Under the pieces are notes generated by a model that had not been told where the DNA came from, did no database searches, and worked only from the letters and a program-made list of their open reading frames with translations. A stretch of 64,000 nucleotides of DNA from an uncultured Methanoregulaceae archaeon. GTDB taxonomy: Archaea; Halobacteriota; Methanomicrobia; Methanomicrobiales; Methanospirillaceae. Made by a program: the position numbers and the translations under genes. The stretch covers positions 1,056,001-1,120,000 of the forward strand of contig OY970343.1 of the NCBI GenBank assembly GCA_963717525.1, read 5' to 3'. Below, in pieces: positions 22,632 through 35,507 of this stretch (position 1 is the first letter of the stretch; the number at the start of each line of letters is the position of its first letter).

Positions 22632-23504
22632 ATGGAACCTGCACGGAAACTCCTGCGCAGCGTTGAGATCGACAACGGCACGTTCACGCTAACCCTCCAC
22701 CGCGAGGACTTCTCCACGCTCTACCCCGGGATGATCAGGTACGAACTCGCGGTCACCTCCGGGGGCCAGACCCTCGACATGTTCCGGACAAACACGTACC
22801 AGTACTCCGTGCCCGAGTCCCTTGCTGCAGAAACCGTTGCGCTCATGAAGGCGGACGAATGGGAGCACGAGCTCCGCGCCAGTCGTGAGGGTTTTCTGGC
22901 TGCCCACCATAGTGGAGCACGGCCGGGGCGGAAGGAAACACAGGAAACCGCTGATGTAGTCATCATCCAGGGAAGCCCGCGGCCGGATGGCAACTGCGGC
23001 ATCCTTGCCGCATGGGCCGCGGATGCGGCGCATACTGCCGGGAGGACTGCCCGGGTAATATACCCCCACGACCTCGACATCCACTGTTGTATCGGGTGCT
23101 ACCAGTGCTACAATACCGGCATCTGTATCTTCGATGATGACATGGCAGGTATTATCGACGCTATCCGTGGCGCATCACTCCTTGTGGTCTGCTCACCGGT
23201 CTATACCAATACCGTCCCCGGCAGCCTCAAGCTGCTCATTGACCGGACCCAGGCCTACCATGCAGAGCGGGCGCTCTCGGGAGGACGCCGGGGACAATCG
23301 GGGCTGCTTTTAGCGGTCGCCGGCCGCACGGGTGGAGGCAATTTCACCTGTGTGACCAGGGTTATTTCAGCATTTTTTGAAAATCTCGGTATCAAACCTG
23401 CCGGGCAGATCCTGCTCGATCGCGCTGATGCGATCCGGGATATCAGGACCCGGGAGGGCGCAGAACAGCAGGTAAAAGATGCAGTGCGCCAGTGTCTGAC
23501 CTGA
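22632..23504 (+). CDS. iron-sulfur flavoprotein / flavodoxin family with N-terminal extension
   Basis: GSPRPDGN, CIGCYQC-x5-C, SPVY. Confidence 0.85.
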   Translation: MEPARKLLRSVEIDNGTFTLTLHREDFSTLYPGMIRYELAVTSGGQTLDMFRTNTYQYSVPESLAAETVALMKADEWEHELRASREGFLAAHHSGARPGRKETQETADVVIIQGSPRPDGNCGILAAWAADAAHTAGRTARVIYPHDLDIHCCIGCYQCYNTGICIFDDDMAGIIDAIRGASLLVVCSPVYTNTVPGSLKLLIDRTQAYHAERALSGGRRGQSGLLLAVAGRTGGGNFTCVTRVISAFFENLGIKPAGQILLDRADAIRDIRTREGAEQQVKDAVRQCLT

Positions 23505-23677
23505 CCGTCACCGGGATCCTGTTATCCCGATGCGCCGGGCTTCGTTTGCCGGTGCGGGAGAAATCAGGATGAAGAGTCGTGCTATCCCCGGACCGTCCCC
23601 GCCGTGGGACCAAAAGGTTGGGCCTGCAAGTGTTTATCCACCTGCCCTGCCAACGGATAGCAGCAGCGTGATAAACC

Positions 23678-25101
23678 ATGGTCACCCCCCAGTTCCTCCC
23701 GATTCCAAAAGCGATTCACGCGCTTGCCTGCGAGACCATCAGCCGCCGCGTCGACCGGCTCCCTTTCACCAGGAACGATGTCGAGATCACCGAAGGCATT
23801 GTGGGGATCACTCTCGAATGCCTGAACGCTGAAGTCATGCGGACACTCCCTTTAAAAACCGTCGCCCGGGGGACCGGCACCCACCCCGGCCTCGCCGAAT
23901 GCCTCAGTGAGCGCAGGGGAAGCGACCAGGGTGGGGTCGCACCGGTTATTGCCGAGGTCCTGGTAAACGCCGGCCTTGCTGAGCCGGCCGAAGTGCTCGA
24001 CACGGCAACACACACGCAGATCCGGGGGATCCGGCTCCTTCCCGCATGGACCTGGCATATCGGGTCAGGAGAATTTTCCCGTGGTGGCGGACAGTATACC
24101 GGAGGGTATGATGCATGGCTTGCCCGGTGCCCGGTCTGCAAAACCGGTATTCTTGGCCGGGTGACCGGCAAACGGTTGTTCGGCATCCCTCCAACCGATT
24201 TCTATTTCGACTGTTCGCACTGCGGCGCAAAGTTCACCCCGGAGAAAGACCGGTTCCGGCTGGTCTCGATCGCCCGCATTGCTGACCCGCGCTGGCGGCA
24301 GTACCTCAATTCCAGCCGGACGCCCGATGAATGGTCAGCACTGATCCGGGAAGAAACACCGGTGCGGCAGGCCCCTTCCCGCATCGCCACGTCACGGTAC
24401 CGCATGGCATCCAGAAAACCTGAAGCACCGCACCAGACTCCACCTGTCCGCCGGCCGGAAAACCTGTACGACCGATCGAAGGCGTCCCGGTACCTTTTTC
24501 CACCCTCAGGGACGGGTCGCTCATCGTCACCGGCACCCCAAAAACCCTCTATTTCCGGCCCGTCGGCCTACGGTTTTTGCGCGGGACACGACATGATCTC
24601 TTCTGCCAAGCAAAGCGCACCCTTCGGCAGGCACTCGACAGTACGGCCTTTGCCGGGGTAAAACCTGTCTTTGTACATGAATATGCGCAGTACCTCCCCC
24701 TCCGGCTCGGACCGGTCACGGAAGACCTCAGGAGAAAAAACGACCCCCGGTACAGGCTGCTCCTTAACCGGTACGGTGACGCGGATTTTAGCTCATTTGC
24801 GATGGAGAATCCGGAACAGGCGCAGATGAAAGGGATCCTTATCGTTTTTCTGCAGGGGAAACTCTGCCACGTTGCTGCCTGCCATACCACCTTTGAAGAT
24901 CTTGTCGACCATACCTTCGGGAATATCAACGCCGACAGATGTTACTGCGACGGGGACGAAACTGCCTGCCGGATCAACAGCCTCGTCACTGCCTTCCGGG
25001 ATACTCCAGTCATCTGGATTCATGAACTGGAGGACGACCACGCCATAGATGCTGCGGTAACCGATCTGCGGAACCGCTACCTGAAGGTTCCCGCTGCTTA
25101 A
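23678..25101 (+). CDS. hypothetical protein with zinc ribbon (apparent frameshift near 24460)
   Basis: CPVC...CSHC; ORFs 23678-24661 and 24577-25101 overlap in different frames. Confidence 0.55.
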
Positions 25102-25198
25102 TGAGATACGACAGGATCCTGATAAGATCAGAGAATTTTTCATATCCTATGCAAACATTATACTTATCAACTCAGGTCAGGGGACAGGGAGACATCGG

Positions 25199-26589
25199 AT
25201 GAAAAAATGTCCGCACTGCGGGATGAATATCCGGGATAACGTCGAGGTCTGCGGGTACTGCGGTGGCGAGATTTCGCCGCAGCCGGCAGCTGCCTCCGGC
25301 ATGAAAGGTGCTCAGGCCCCGCAGCGGAATGTCCCGCCCCGGCCGCTCCGAAAAAGCCCGCGGCCCCCCCGGCTGATGAGCCGGAAAGCGAGGAGGGTGA
25401 GGAAGAGGAGGGGGGCCTTTCTAAAATCCTCCAGCCGGGCGAACAGGTGCTGATCGGGTCGCTCAACGTATCGGTAAAAAAATTCTTTTTCCATGCCTAC
25501 CTTACGAACAAACGTATCTTCCTGATCGATACCCAGGAAAAGAAACTCAAGGTCACGGCAAAGGACATCCCACGTGAAACGATTGCCGACAGCATCGTGG
25601 AATACTCGGAGAATGCCGACCCGGTGCTCGTGCTCTCGGTGAAATCCGCCGATGATGAGGTCAAGACCATGAAACTGGTCTTTACCCAGAACGGCACCGA
25701 CCGTATCGGGGAGATAGACGACTGGATAGCGCTGCTCGGACGTGAGCCGGAGACAAAGAAACCACGGCGGCAGACGCCCCCGCAGAAAGCGCCTGAGCCG
25801 GAGGTGGAAGAGCGTCCCGAAGAAGAGCCGGAGGAGGAGCTCCCGCCTCGCCCGGCAAAACCCTCCGCCCGCCCGGAAGAGATGCATCCTGCAAGGAAAC
25901 CCCTTAAGGAACACGAACGCCAGCCCCCGGTAAAACGACTCATTCCCCTTGCACGCGAACCGGAACCTGAACCGGAGCCCGAGCCGCAGGTCCAGCCCCA
26001 GAGAAGGGTGCAGGTCAGGACAGCGGAAGAGCCGCAGCCGCGCAGGGTTTCCATCACCCGCGGTGTCCCCACACCTGTGAGAGGTGACACGCAACCGGTC
26101 AGGAAGCCGGAAGTACAGGCTGCGATGCGAACGGCGATGAATAATCCAGTGCAGCCGGTGCGGCAGACCCAGCTTCACCCGGTAAAGAGCGTTATCTCTG
26201 AACCCGTCCGTCGCCCCCTGCCCGAAGTGTCTTGGGAAGCGCCTGCCGGGGAGAAACCGGTGGTACGCAGGGCCGTGGTACCGGACGAGCCGGCTGACGC
26301 CCCGCAGTTCTGCCATAACTGCGGGAAGAAACTGCCGGGCGAAGCCAACTTCTGCCCGGGATGCGGAACCAGGCTCGGGCGCTCGCGGACCGATCCGACG
26401 GCGAGGGCGTCAAAGACCATCCCCCGCCCTGCAGCAGTGACAACACCACCTCCGGCCCAGCGCAGGATCCCCAAAATAGAGGAGATCCACGAGGATGACG
26501 AGGATGAGGAACAACCGCGACGCCCGCCGGTCAAAAAGACCCCCAAGGGCAGCGACATGACCATCCTGCAGAAATTCCTCCGGCGCTGA
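25199..26589 (+). CDS. zinc-ribbon, PH-like and Pro-rich protein (apparent frameshift near 25350)
   Basis: N-terminal CPHCG..CGYCG, AYLTNKRIFL (bPH-like), C-terminal CHNCG..CPGCG. Confidence 0.7.
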
Positions 26590-26737
26590 GAGGAAAAACC
26601 GGCCCATCCCTTATTTGTGTCTGTTTTTTAATCCGGCCTGTAAAACGCCGGATATTGGCGTTTTTACTCAGAAGAAATGGTTATATGAAATCCAGTCTCT
26701 TGTATTAGTACGATTACGGAGAAACCGAGGAAGTTTA

Positions 26738-27940
26738 ATGAAAAGAAATATCCAGATTGAAGCGCTGAATCAGATTCCCCTTGAAAAGCAGCGAATAGAA
26801 CTCGTTGAACGCAAATGCCTCGGCCATCCCGACAGCATTGCAGACGGAATTGCCGAGTCGATCTCCCAGGCACTCTGCCGGGAGTACCTTAAAGAGTTCG
26901 GCGCGGTCCTCCACCATAACACCGACCAGGGCGAGGTCGTGGCAGGAGAATCGTGCCCGAAATTCGGCGGCGGAAAGATGATCCGCCCGATGTACGTGTT
27001 GATCGATGGGCGTGCCACCAAGCAGTTTGGCGGCGTGACCATCGCTACCGACTCAGTTGCGGTCGAAGCAGCACATGCCTACCTCGGCAAGATCCTTCCC
27101 GAGCTCAACCAGACCCGGGACGTGATCATCGACAGCCGCCTCGGGACCGGTTCGACCGACCTGCGGGACGTCTTCAAGCCCCGGCAGGGCAAAGTCCCGC
27201 GTTCCAACGATACCTCGTTCGGTGTCGGGCATGCCCCGTTCTCTGACGTAGAGACCATCATCCGGAATTCATCAGACTACATTGACACAAAACTCCGCAA
27301 GAAGTACCCGGCCATCGGGCAGGACATCAAGATCATGGGACTGCGGGACGGGAACACTATCACCCTGACCATTGCCTGCGCCATTGTGGACAAATATTGT
27401 GCGGATATCAGGGAATACCAGGAGTACATGGGTATCCTGACCGAGGAGATCGGCAAGGTCGCAAAAAAGAGCACGAAACGCAAGGTCGTCGTGCACGTCA
27501 ACACCGCGGACGATATTAAAAAGAAGAGCGTGTTCCTGACCGTGACCGGCACATCGGCAGAGATGGGCGACGACGGTTCGGTCGGGCGTGGCAACAGGTG
27601 CAACGGGCTTATCACCCCCAACCGCCCGATGAGCATGGAAGCGACCAGCGGCAAGAACCCGATCAACCATATCGGCAAGATCTATAACCTCCTCTCGACC
27701 CAGGTCGCGCAGGAAGCGATCAAGAAAGTCGACGGCATCGAGGAGATGTACATCCGCCTGCTCTCCCAGATCGGAAAACCGATCGACCAGCCCCTCGTGG
27801 CAAGCGTCCAGGTGCTGCCCAGGAAAGGCGTCACCCTGCCGGAGATCAACAGCGAGATCCGGGTAATCGTTGACGATAACCTCGCGAACGTGACCAGCAT
27901 CACGGAGAAGGTAATCCGTGGCGAGCTCAAGACCTTCTAA
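26738..27940 (+). CDS. mat: archaeal methionine adenosyltransferase
   Basis: [49 protein letters not shown]. Confidence 0.95.
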   Translation: MKRNIQIEALNQIPLEKQRIELVERKCLGHPDSIADGIAESISQALCREYLKEFGAVLHHNTDQGEVVAGESCPKFGGGKMIRPMYVLIDGRATKQFGGVTIATDSVAVEAAHAYLGKILPELNQTRDVIIDSRLGTGSTDLRDVFKPRQGKVPRSNDTSFGVGHAPFSDVETIIRNSSDYIDTKLRKKYPAIGQDIKIMGLRDGNTITLTIACAIVDKYCADIREYQEYMGILTEEIGKVAKKSTKRKVVVHVNTADDIKKKSVFLTVTGTSAEMGDDGSVGRGNRCNGLITPNRPMSMEATSGKNPINHIGKIYNLLSTQVAQEAIKKVDGIEEMYIRLLSQIGKPIDQPLVASVQVLPRKGVTLPEINSEIRVIVDDNLANVTSITEKVIRGELKTF

Positions 27941-28004
27941 AAAGAAGCACGGCGAGACGAAGATTTCCGCCCCGGCGCCGGGGGGACCCACTCCTTTTCC
28001 CGGC

Positions 28005-28862
28005 ATGATCCGGCTTGCGATCCCCAACAAGGGGAGGATTGCGGCACCGATCACGGAGCTGATGGAAAAGAGCGGGCTTCACCTGACGGAAGGTGCCGAG
28101 CGCAGGCTGATCGCCCGCACGCTCGACCCCCACGTGGAGATCCTGTTTGCCCGGCCCATCGATATTCCGGAATACGTTGCCACCGGGGCAGCTGACATTG
28201 GGATCACCGGCCATGACATGGTGGTCGAGCGCGAATCTGATGTCGAGGAAATTCTCGATCTCCAGATCGGGAAGGCAAAGCTCGTGCTCGCCGTCCGCGA
28301 TGATGCGGACATCTCATCAGTCCGCGACCTCAGGGAGGCAAAGATCGCAACCGAATTCCCGGTGATCACGAAACAGTATTTTGCAAAACACCATATACCG
28401 GTCACGATTGTCCTTGTCGGAGGAGCCTGCGAAGCGACTCCCCACCTCGGGATAGCTGATGCGATTGTCGATCTCTCCAGTTCGGGCAACACCCTCAAAA
28501 CCAACAGGCTCCGCGTGCTCGACGAGGTGCTTTCGACCTCCACCCTGCTCATTGCAAACCGTTCATCGCTGATGACAAAACGGGAAAAGATCGATGAGAT
28601 CCACCTCGCGCTCGAAAGCGTCATACGGGCACGTGGGCAGTGCTACCTGATGATGAACGTGAAACGGGCATCGCTTGAGAAAATAAAAAGCGTGCTTCCC
28701 GGGCTCTCCGGCCCGACCGTTATGGATGTCGCATCAACCGAGGACCTGGTCGCTGTCCACGCGGTGGTAAACGAGGAACGGGTGTACGCGCTGATCAATT
28801 CGCTGAAACGGGCCGGCGCTCGCGACATCCTTGTCATGTCGATCGAGCGGATGATCCGCTGA
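28005..28862 (+). CDS. hisG: ATP phosphoribosyltransferase (long form)
   Basis: [32 protein letters not shown]; alternative GTG start at 27918. Confidence 0.95.
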   Translation: MIRLAIPNKGRIAAPITELMEKSGLHLTEGAERRLIARTLDPHVEILFARPIDIPEYVATGAADIGITGHDMVVERESDVEEILDLQIGKAKLVLAVRDDADISSVRDLREAKIATEFPVITKQYFAKHHIPVTIVLVGGACEATPHLGIADAIVDLSSSGNTLKTNRLRVLDEVLSTSTLLIANRSSLMTKREKIDEIHLALESVIRARGQCYLMMNVKRASLEKIKSVLPGLSGPTVMDVASTEDLVAVHAVVNEERVYALINSLKRAGARDILVMSIERMIR

Positions 28863-28867
28863 TAATC

Positions 28868-29578
28868 ATGAGAATCTTTCCTGCCGTGGATATACTTGGG
28901 GGCAGGTGCGTCCAGCTCGTGCAGGGAAAGCGGGAGAGTGCAACCGCATATGGGGCTCCGCTCTCCTGCGCCCGCCGCTGGATCAATGCCGGGGCCGATG
29001 CCCTGCACGTGGTCAATCTTGACGGTGCCTTCGGGGATTCAACAAGGAATGCAGATCTGATCCGGGCGCTCGTGAAAGAGAGCGGCATCGAGATCGAACT
29101 CGGTGGCGGGATCCGCTCCGTTGAAGACGGGCGGAGGTGGCTCGGGACCGGGGTTTCGCGGATTATCCTGTCAACCCTTGCAATCCAGCAGCCGGAGAGC
29201 ATTCGCACGTTATCCGCAGAATTCGGCAGCGACCGGGTGATGGCGGGCGTGGATGCACGGGAAGGAAAGGTTGCGATCCATGGCTGGCAGGAGACCGCCG
29301 GGGACTATCTCTCGTGGGCCAAGACCTTCGAACAGCTCGGTGCCGGTTCCCTGCTCTACACGAACGTGGATGTCGAGGGGCTCCAGCAGGGCGTTGCAAT
29401 CGGGCCGGTCAGGGATCTCATTGCCCGCGTCCACGTACCGGTGGTTGTCGCCGGCGGCGTCTCCGGTCGTGCGGATGTCGCGCTCCTGCGTGAGGCCGGG
29501 GCGTACGGTGCGGTGCTCGGATCGGCGCTCTACAGCGGAAAGATTAACTTTTCAGAGGCACTAGAGGAATCTCGATGA
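28868..29578 (+). CDS. hisA: ProFAR isomerase
   Basis: [34 protein letters not shown]. Confidence 0.95.
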   Translation: MRIFPAVDILGGRCVQLVQGKRESATAYGAPLSCARRWINAGADALHVVNLDGAFGDSTRNADLIRALVKESGIEIELGGGIRSVEDGRRWLGTGVSRIILSTLAIQQPESIRTLSAEFGSDRVMAGVDAREGKVAIHGWQETAGDYLSWAKTFEQLGAGSLLYTNVDVEGLQQGVAIGPVRDLIARVHVPVVVAGGVSGRADVALLREAGAYGAVLGSALYSGKINFSEALEESR

Positions 29579-30155
29579 GAAAGATAACGCTTGCACGGGA
29601 GACAAAAGAGACGAAGATCGCACTCACGCTCAACCCGGACGGAACCGGAAAAGTCTCGGTGGAGACCGGCATCCCGTTCTTCGACCACATGCTTACCGGC
29701 ATGGCAAAGCACGCGCGATTCGATCTCTCCTGCACGGCCACAGGCGATCTTGGGGTCGACTGCCACCACACGATCGAGGATGTGGGCATTGTCCTTGGCG
29801 ACGCCGTGAAACAGGCGATGGGAGACGGCCGGGGGATACGGAGGTTCGCGCACGCGATCATCCCAATGGACGAATCCCTCGCACAGGTAGCACTCGATTG
29901 CGGAGGACGGGGGTACCTGGTCTATTCCGGCACCTTCGGTTCCCGGACGCTCGGGAACATCCCTCCTGATCTCTTTGAGCACTTCTTCTACACGCTTTGC
30001 ATCCATGCGGGCATCACGGCCCACATCCGGTTCACCGGCGGAACGATCACCACCAGTGCGAGGCAACCTTCAAGGCGTTCGGGATTGCGCTTGGAAAAGC
30101 ACTGGAAATAAATGAAAAATCAAAGGGCATCCCGAGCACGAAGGGTACGTTCTGA
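29575..30155 (+). CDS. hisB: imidazoleglycerol-phosphate dehydratase (apparent -1 frameshift near 30040)
   Basis: [24 protein letters not shown]; the C-terminus [14 protein letters not shown]...IPSTKGTF lies in another frame. Confidence 0.93.
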
Positions 30156-30244
30156 ACGATCTGTCCTCCTGTAAAAGGACATAAGGAACAAAGACGACGG
30201 ATGAAATTATTCTTTTTTAAAGAACTGAACTCCAGGGTAAAAAT

Positions 30245-30535
30245 ATGGGAATTTTCCGGTACGATACAAAATATGCGGCACCAACAAAGGAGCAGCGCGA
30301 ACGGTACATGAAAGGGGATTACGAAGAGCACCTCTTCGGCCCGGAGAACGAGATAATGCTCATCGTCTATGACGAGGCGGTGTACCTCAAGGATGATATC
30401 GATGGCTCAAGGGTGCTTTTTACCGGGCCAAAGGACAAAGAGAAAGTATACGACGAGGTAAAGCGCCGGCTCGATGAGCATGCCCATAAAGGGGAAGGAA
30501 GCCGGGCGTTCGTTACCGGCCGGGATATCACATAA
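30245..30535 (+). CDS. conserved hypothetical protein
   Basis: 96-aa ORF with host-like codon usage. Confidence 0.7.
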   Translation: MGIFRYDTKYAAPTKEQRERYMKGDYEEHLFGPENEIMLIVYDEAVYLKDDIDGSRVLFTGPKDKEKVYDEVKRRLDEHAHKGEGSRAFVTGRDIT

Positions 30536-30552
30536 CTTTTTATACCCAATTT

Positions 30553-31109
30553 TCAAAAAACGCCAGCATTGTTCATCAATCGGTTGATATCGTTGGTGTT
30601 ACCCAGATTACCCATATTGCCCATATCAAGCGATCCAAACTGGGACATAAGCGGTTGGATCACCATCATGTAAAGGATGATAACTCCGATCACGACAACC
30701 GCAATGGCAAACACGACAAAAAGGATCACATGGAGCATCCTCATCTCGCGGAACGGGATCTCGCCCGTGTTCATCTTTCCTGCCGTTTTGTACGCATTGT
30801 ACATCGCATAGAGCCAGACAATAAGGCCGGGGATGAGAAGGATGACCAGTCCCACACAGGTCATGATAAAGAGAGCAAACCCTTTTGCGGTCTCCCCGTT
30901 GTAGACCTGCCCGAGGCCGGGAAGGACCATTGAGCAGGCACCAGCGATCAATGTACTCTTTTGCTCCCGCACCGGAACCGGGGCAGGATAGCCACCATAG
31001 CCTGGGAACGGGGCCGGGCTCTTCCCGTCCATGCGGGCGCCGCACCCGCTGCAGAACCGGGGGACTCCTCGTTTGATACCTTACCGCAGTGCGGGCAGAC
31101 CTCGTGCAT
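30553..31109 (-). CDS. zinc-ribbon plus TM2/DUF5683-like membrane protein (apparent frameshift near 31062)
   Basis: MHEVCPHCG..FCSGCGAR joins the ORF with LPGLGQVYNG after one indel. Confidence 0.7.
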
Positions 31110-31383
31110 ACAGGTGTTCTTCAAAGGAGATTGATCCATGCAGGGTAAAAAGGCTTGCCGAACGGGGGGAGGTGGGAGATCCCGTACCGGAATATTCACC
31201 GGCACCCCGGACCCCCGTTGCGACACTTCCTGCGACAGAAAGAAACGAGAGGCTAAAATCAGGTGGAAATACCATCACACAGGATGAGATCCGAGGGTAC
31301 TATCAAAAAAGCCACGCAGAGGAGCAGGTTGCCCCGGAAACGATCCCGCAGGGTATTGTGGAGTGAGAAGAAAAAAGAGTTGA

Positions 31384-31590
31384 TCAGTTGGATTTGGATG
31401 CGAGATCAACATCTTCTTTCTTGATCGTCTTTCTTCCCGCGTGTTCTGCGAGCTTGTTGGCTTCCTTGGTGAGCTGGGCAATGTATTTCTCAGCCTTTAC
31501 TACGAGAGCCTCTGCAGCATCGCTGCCCACTCTTTCGGCTCCATTCTTCTTTGCAATGCGTACAACTGCAGCAATTGGTAAATCTGCCAT
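31384..31590 (-). CDS. archaeal histone (HMf-type)
   Basis: MADLPIAAVVRIAKKNGAERVG...AEHAGRKTIKKEDV. Confidence 0.95.
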   Translation of the reverse strand: MADLPIAAVVRIAKKNGAERVGSDAAEALVVKAEKYIAQLTKEANKLAEHAGRKTIKKEDVDLASKSN

Positions 31591-31620
31591 TTTTCTTACC
31601 TCAAAAAGAAAGTATATGGG

Positions 31621-31640
31621 TACATATAAAAACTTTTGGG
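31621..31640 (-). promoter_or_regulatory. putative BRE/TATA promoter of the histone gene
   Basis: Minus strand AAAGTTTTTATATG about 35 bp upstream of the ATG. Confidence 0.6.
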
Positions 31641-31786
31641 GAAAATCCTCCATTTTGATTAGTAAAACGATATTGGAAGGCTTCCAGACCCGTTCAGGCA
31701 AAACGCGCCGCAGAATTTCGCAGAATATTTTTTATTACCATATAAGAGGTTATTTTGGAAAAAAAGCCACTTTAAGCGATTAAAAA

Positions 31787-32551
31787 TTATTCCAGCAATG
31801 CTGCTGCGAGCAATAGCGCATTCGTGTAATCCGGTGAGGCGCGCGAGGTATCCACGAAAATTTTACCGATATTTACGACCGGCGCCCCATGGGCCCTACC
31901 GGCCCCCAGAAAGGTGAGCGTACGGAAGACCAGGTTGCCGGAGATCCCGTCGGGTGCGATGATCAGGCCGCAGGATTCGACCGCGTCCTCGATAAGGATC
32001 TCACAGTGCACGGCATCCCCGAGCCGTGCGACCAGCTCTGCATCAGCCATGCTCCGGTCCACCCGGGCATGACGGCCGACATCCCCGAGCCGGCCACCGG
32101 AAAGAACACCCACTTTCTCCGGAAGGCCGAACCGGCGTGCAACCAGCCGGCCTTTCCGGATCAGGGCCAGTTTATCGGCAACCGTCCACCCTTCATCGAT
32201 TCCCACGGGAGCAAACAGGAATTTTTTCCCGTCCGCGGTCTCCAGAAGGGCAATCCGCTCCAAGTGATCAACTCCTGCGGCAGTCTTGAGCGCCTGCAGG
32301 GTGGCCTTTGCCGGCAGCGTGCCCCTGACTGCCGCATCAATCGCGCCGGTCATCAGGTCGGAAACAAGGGCCGTTTCCGGAGAGGTGCTCTCAGAAACCC
32401 GGATATTTTTATGGTCTTCAGGCACCTTCGCAGTGCCCGGGCGGGAATAACAGACAATATCGCACGGAACGCTGACCCGGCATGCACTCCCAATGACTTT
32501 TTCTGCGTCGGCACCAGCACCGATCCCGATCGTTTTTACCGCTGCCTGCAT
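31787..32551 (-). CDS. mtxX: methanogenesis marker protein Mmp4/MtxX
   Basis: IDAAVRGTL, APVGIDEG, APDGISGNLVFR, FVDTSR. Confidence 0.9.
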   Translation of the reverse strand: MQAAVKTIGIGAGADAEKVIGSACRVSVPCDIVCYSRPGTAKVPEDHKNIRVSESTSPETALVSDLMTGAIDAAVRGTLPAKATLQALKTAAGVDHLERIALLETADGKKFLFAPVGIDEGWTVADKLALIRKGRLVARRFGLPEKVGVLSGGRLGDVGRHARVDRSMADAELVARLGDAVHCEILIEDAVESCGLIIAPDGISGNLVFRTLTFLGAGRAHGAPVVNIGKIFVDTSRASPDYTNALLLAAALLE

Positions 32552-33552
32552 GGGGCCTCACCGGGAGAGAGGCAGGTGATCCCGTTTTTGATAAAATCAA
32601 AGACCTGCGCCTCGTTCCCGTCATACCGGATTCTGAGCTGGCGCGTCGCATCCACAATGCCGATGTCCCGGGCGGTCATGCCGACGGCAGCAAAGCGCCT
32701 GACAAGTTCCTGTACATGTTCTTCGCGTGCAGTCAGGACAAAACCCATACCGGGGTACATCTTCACCCACTGCTCGAACGTCATATTGTTTGCCGCGAGA
32801 TCGGGTTTTGGCACACGACCGAGATCAAGTTCGGCCCCTTTGCCACTCACCTCAAGGAGCATCCCCAGCGTCCCGATGAGGCCGGGGTTGCTGATATCTT
32901 TTCCCGCCGTGACGAGGTGGTCCCTCCCGATCTCCTCGAGAAGACCGATCTGCGCACGCACCTGTGAGGCTGATTTCATGGTCACCGAGTCCCAGTTGAG
33001 CGCACAGGACGGATGGACGCGGCCGGTAAGATCAATGGCGGCGATGATGCGGTCACCTACCTGTGCGGTGTTGGAATAAATGATTGAGTCCAGCCGGGCA
33101 GACCCGAGGATCGAAACATCGATCACGCTGTACGGCGCATCTGGGTGAAGATGCCCCCCGACAATCGGCACGCCGAACTGCGCGGAAGCGTCATGCATCC
33201 CCCGTACAACCTGTTCGTGGATGCGGGTCTCCTTTGGCATCGAGAAGACATCCACCATTGCGATCGGCCTTCCACCCATAGCGGCAATGTCGTGGATGTT
33301 GACAAGGACCGAGCAGTAGCCGGCCCAGTAGGGATCTGCCTCCATGAGCCGACTCCAGATGCCATCAGCGGCAAGGAGAAGAGCCTCGCCGTTGTGCTCG
33401 ATAACCGCTGCGTCCTCGCCAAAGGATGCGAGGACATGGGGTGCATCGATCCGGAGGGCCTGGACTAATTCGCCGATTGCATGTTTCCGCTTTACGCCTT
33501 CATATTCCCTGATCACGTGCGCGATCTTTGTAGTGGAACAGTCAGAAACCAC
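32536..33552 (-). CDS. methanogenesis marker 2 protein (AIR synthase-related)
   Basis: YEGVKRK, GEDAAVI, VNIHDIAAMGG, GGHLHPD, KDISNPG. Confidence 0.9.
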   Translation of the reverse strand: MVSDCSTTKIAHVIREYEGVKRKHAIGELVQALRIDAPHVLASFGEDAAVIEHNGEALLLAADGIWSRLMEADPYWAGYCSVLVNIHDIAAMGGRPIAMVDVFSMPKETRIHEQVVRGMHDASAQFGVPIVGGHLHPDAPYSVIDVSILGSARLDSIIYSNTAQVGDRIIAAIDLTGRVHPSCALNWDSVTMKSASQVRAQIGLLEEIGRDHLVTAGKDISNPGLIGTLGMLLEVSGKGAELDLGRVPKPDLAANNMTFEQWVKMYPGMGFVLTAREEHVQELVRRFAAVGMTARDIGIVDATRQLRIRYDGNEAQVFDFIKNGITCLSPGEAPCRQR

Positions 33553-33648
33553 ACTTGTCACCCGGGTATGCACCACTGGATAAATACTGTACGCTATGTG
33601 TGGGCTCATCAGAGATAATTTATTTGATGCGGGGTCGACTCCTGTGGT

Positions 33649-35093
33649 ATGGAGTGGGCAGAGAAATACCGGCCGGAACACCTCGCGGATATCGTCGGCA
33701 ACACGAGCGCGATCCGCCAGATGGCCGACTGGGCCCGGACCTGGACATCACGGTCAAAACCTCTCCTCCTGTACGGCAAGCCGGGTATCGGCAAGACTTC
33801 CAGTGTCTACGCACTCGCCCGGGACATGAACTGGGATGTAATCGAGCTCAACGCGAGTGACCAGAGGACAGCAGCCGTTATCGAGCGTATCGCCGGCGCC
33901 GGAAGCACCACCGCAAGCCTGACCGGTTCGTTAAGAAAACTGATTGTGATGGACGAAGCCGACAATCTCCAGGGGAATGCCGACCGGGGCGGGGCAAGAG
34001 CGATCATCGAGTGCATAAAAAACGCCCGGCAGCCCATGATCCTGATCGCAAACGATCTCTACGGCCTTGCCCCGGAGCTCCGCCTGCGCTGCGAGCCGGT
34101 ACAGTTCAGGGCCATCCCGGCACGCTCGATCGCCCCCCGTCTCAGGTTCATCTGCGCAGCTGAGAAGGTTGCCTGTTCGGAAGCGGCGGTTCACGAGATT
34201 GCCGAGAGTGCCGAAGGAGACGTGCGCTCTGCGGTGAACATGCTCTATGCCTCGGCTATCGGGAGGACATCGCTTGCCGGTGAGCAGGTACACACCTCCC
34301 AGAAGGATGAACGGGTCTCGATCTTCTCGCTGGTGACCGCCGTTTTCGGGAAGGCAACGGACGAGGAACTGATGGAAACGGCACGGAATGTCGATGACAC
34401 TCCCGAGGACATCGTGCAGTGGGTTGAGGGAAGCGTGCACACGCTTACCGATTCCGATGCGGTAAGGCGGGCCTACCGCTCACTCGCACGTGCCGACGAG
34501 TACATCGGCTATACCTACCGGCGCCAGTACTACACGCTCTGGCGGTACGCGACCGCGGTGATGATTCTTGGCGTTGCCGAAGCATCCTGCGGGAAAGGTA
34601 TCCACACCCGGATTCTGCCCCGGAACGCTGGCAGAAGATGTCCACGGCAAAAAAACAGAAGGCGATCCGCGCCTCCGTACTCTCCCGCCTGGCCGCTACG
34701 ATGCAGCTCCCCCAGGCCACCCTGCGCGAGAAGTACCTGGACATCATCACCCTTCTTGTCGAGCTCGATCCCGAAACCTTCACCCGGGAGCTAATGCTGG
34801 ACACAGAAGGGCTCAACTTCTTCTTAAACGACCGTGCCCGTGCACAGGAGATCGTGAAGTCCGTGGTAAAAGCGGAGCGCGGAAAGGAACCGGAGCAGAA
34901 AAAGACGGGCAGGAAAATGACAGACGCAGCGGGAGGGGAGACCAACCCTGCCCCGCCTGCTGACACCATGCCCCCAAAAGAGCAGCCCCGAGCACCGACG
35001 AAGGAAGAGACACCGATGGATCCCCCGGAACCGGATGCGCCTGACAGGAAACCGGTGGCCAATAATCAGTCAACGCTTTTCGACGGGTTCTGA
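33649..35093 (+). CDS. rfcL: replication factor C large subunit (apparent -1 frameshift near 34620)
   Basis: [29 protein letters not shown]-terminal PIP box QSTLFDGF in the second frame. Confidence 0.93.
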
Positions 35094-35491
35094 CCGCGCC
35101 GGTAATAGAAGTGGAGTGGCACGCCACAGTCGACGATAGCTCCACCGTCCCTGTAGGATTCAAAACCGAGATGGTAAACGACGAGATCGCAGTCGAGCGT
35201 TCGGGCGAGCGCGATTAAAGGGGGGATCATCTCTTCTGCCGGGCGAAGGGCATACATGACGTCGGCGCCCGTATAGCAGGAAAGGTCGGGCGAAAAGATG
35301 TCGTCCCGGGCGAAGGGCAGCCAGTCAGGAAGCCGGCACGCGCGGATATCGGTGGCCCGGATGCGGCACCCGGCCTCGTGGACGCACTGCGCGGCATCGG
35401 GATTGTCCCCCACTCCGACTTCGACGGGATTTTTATAGTGTGATGCAATAAATGCCCCGCAACAGTGCTCAATATGTTTATAGCCGTCCAT
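35066..35491 (-). CDS. UPF0146 family protein
   Basis: VEVGVG, DDIFSP, YALRP. Confidence 0.85.
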   Translation of the reverse strand: MDGYKHIEHCCGAFIASHYKNPVEVGVGDNPDAAQCVHEAGCRIRATDIRACRLPDWLPFARDDIFSPDLSCYTGADVMYALRPAEEMIPPLIALARTLDCDLVVYHLGFESYRDGGAIVDCGVPLHFYYRRGQNPSKSVD

Positions 35492-35507
35492 CCAATAGAC
35501 ATGAGCG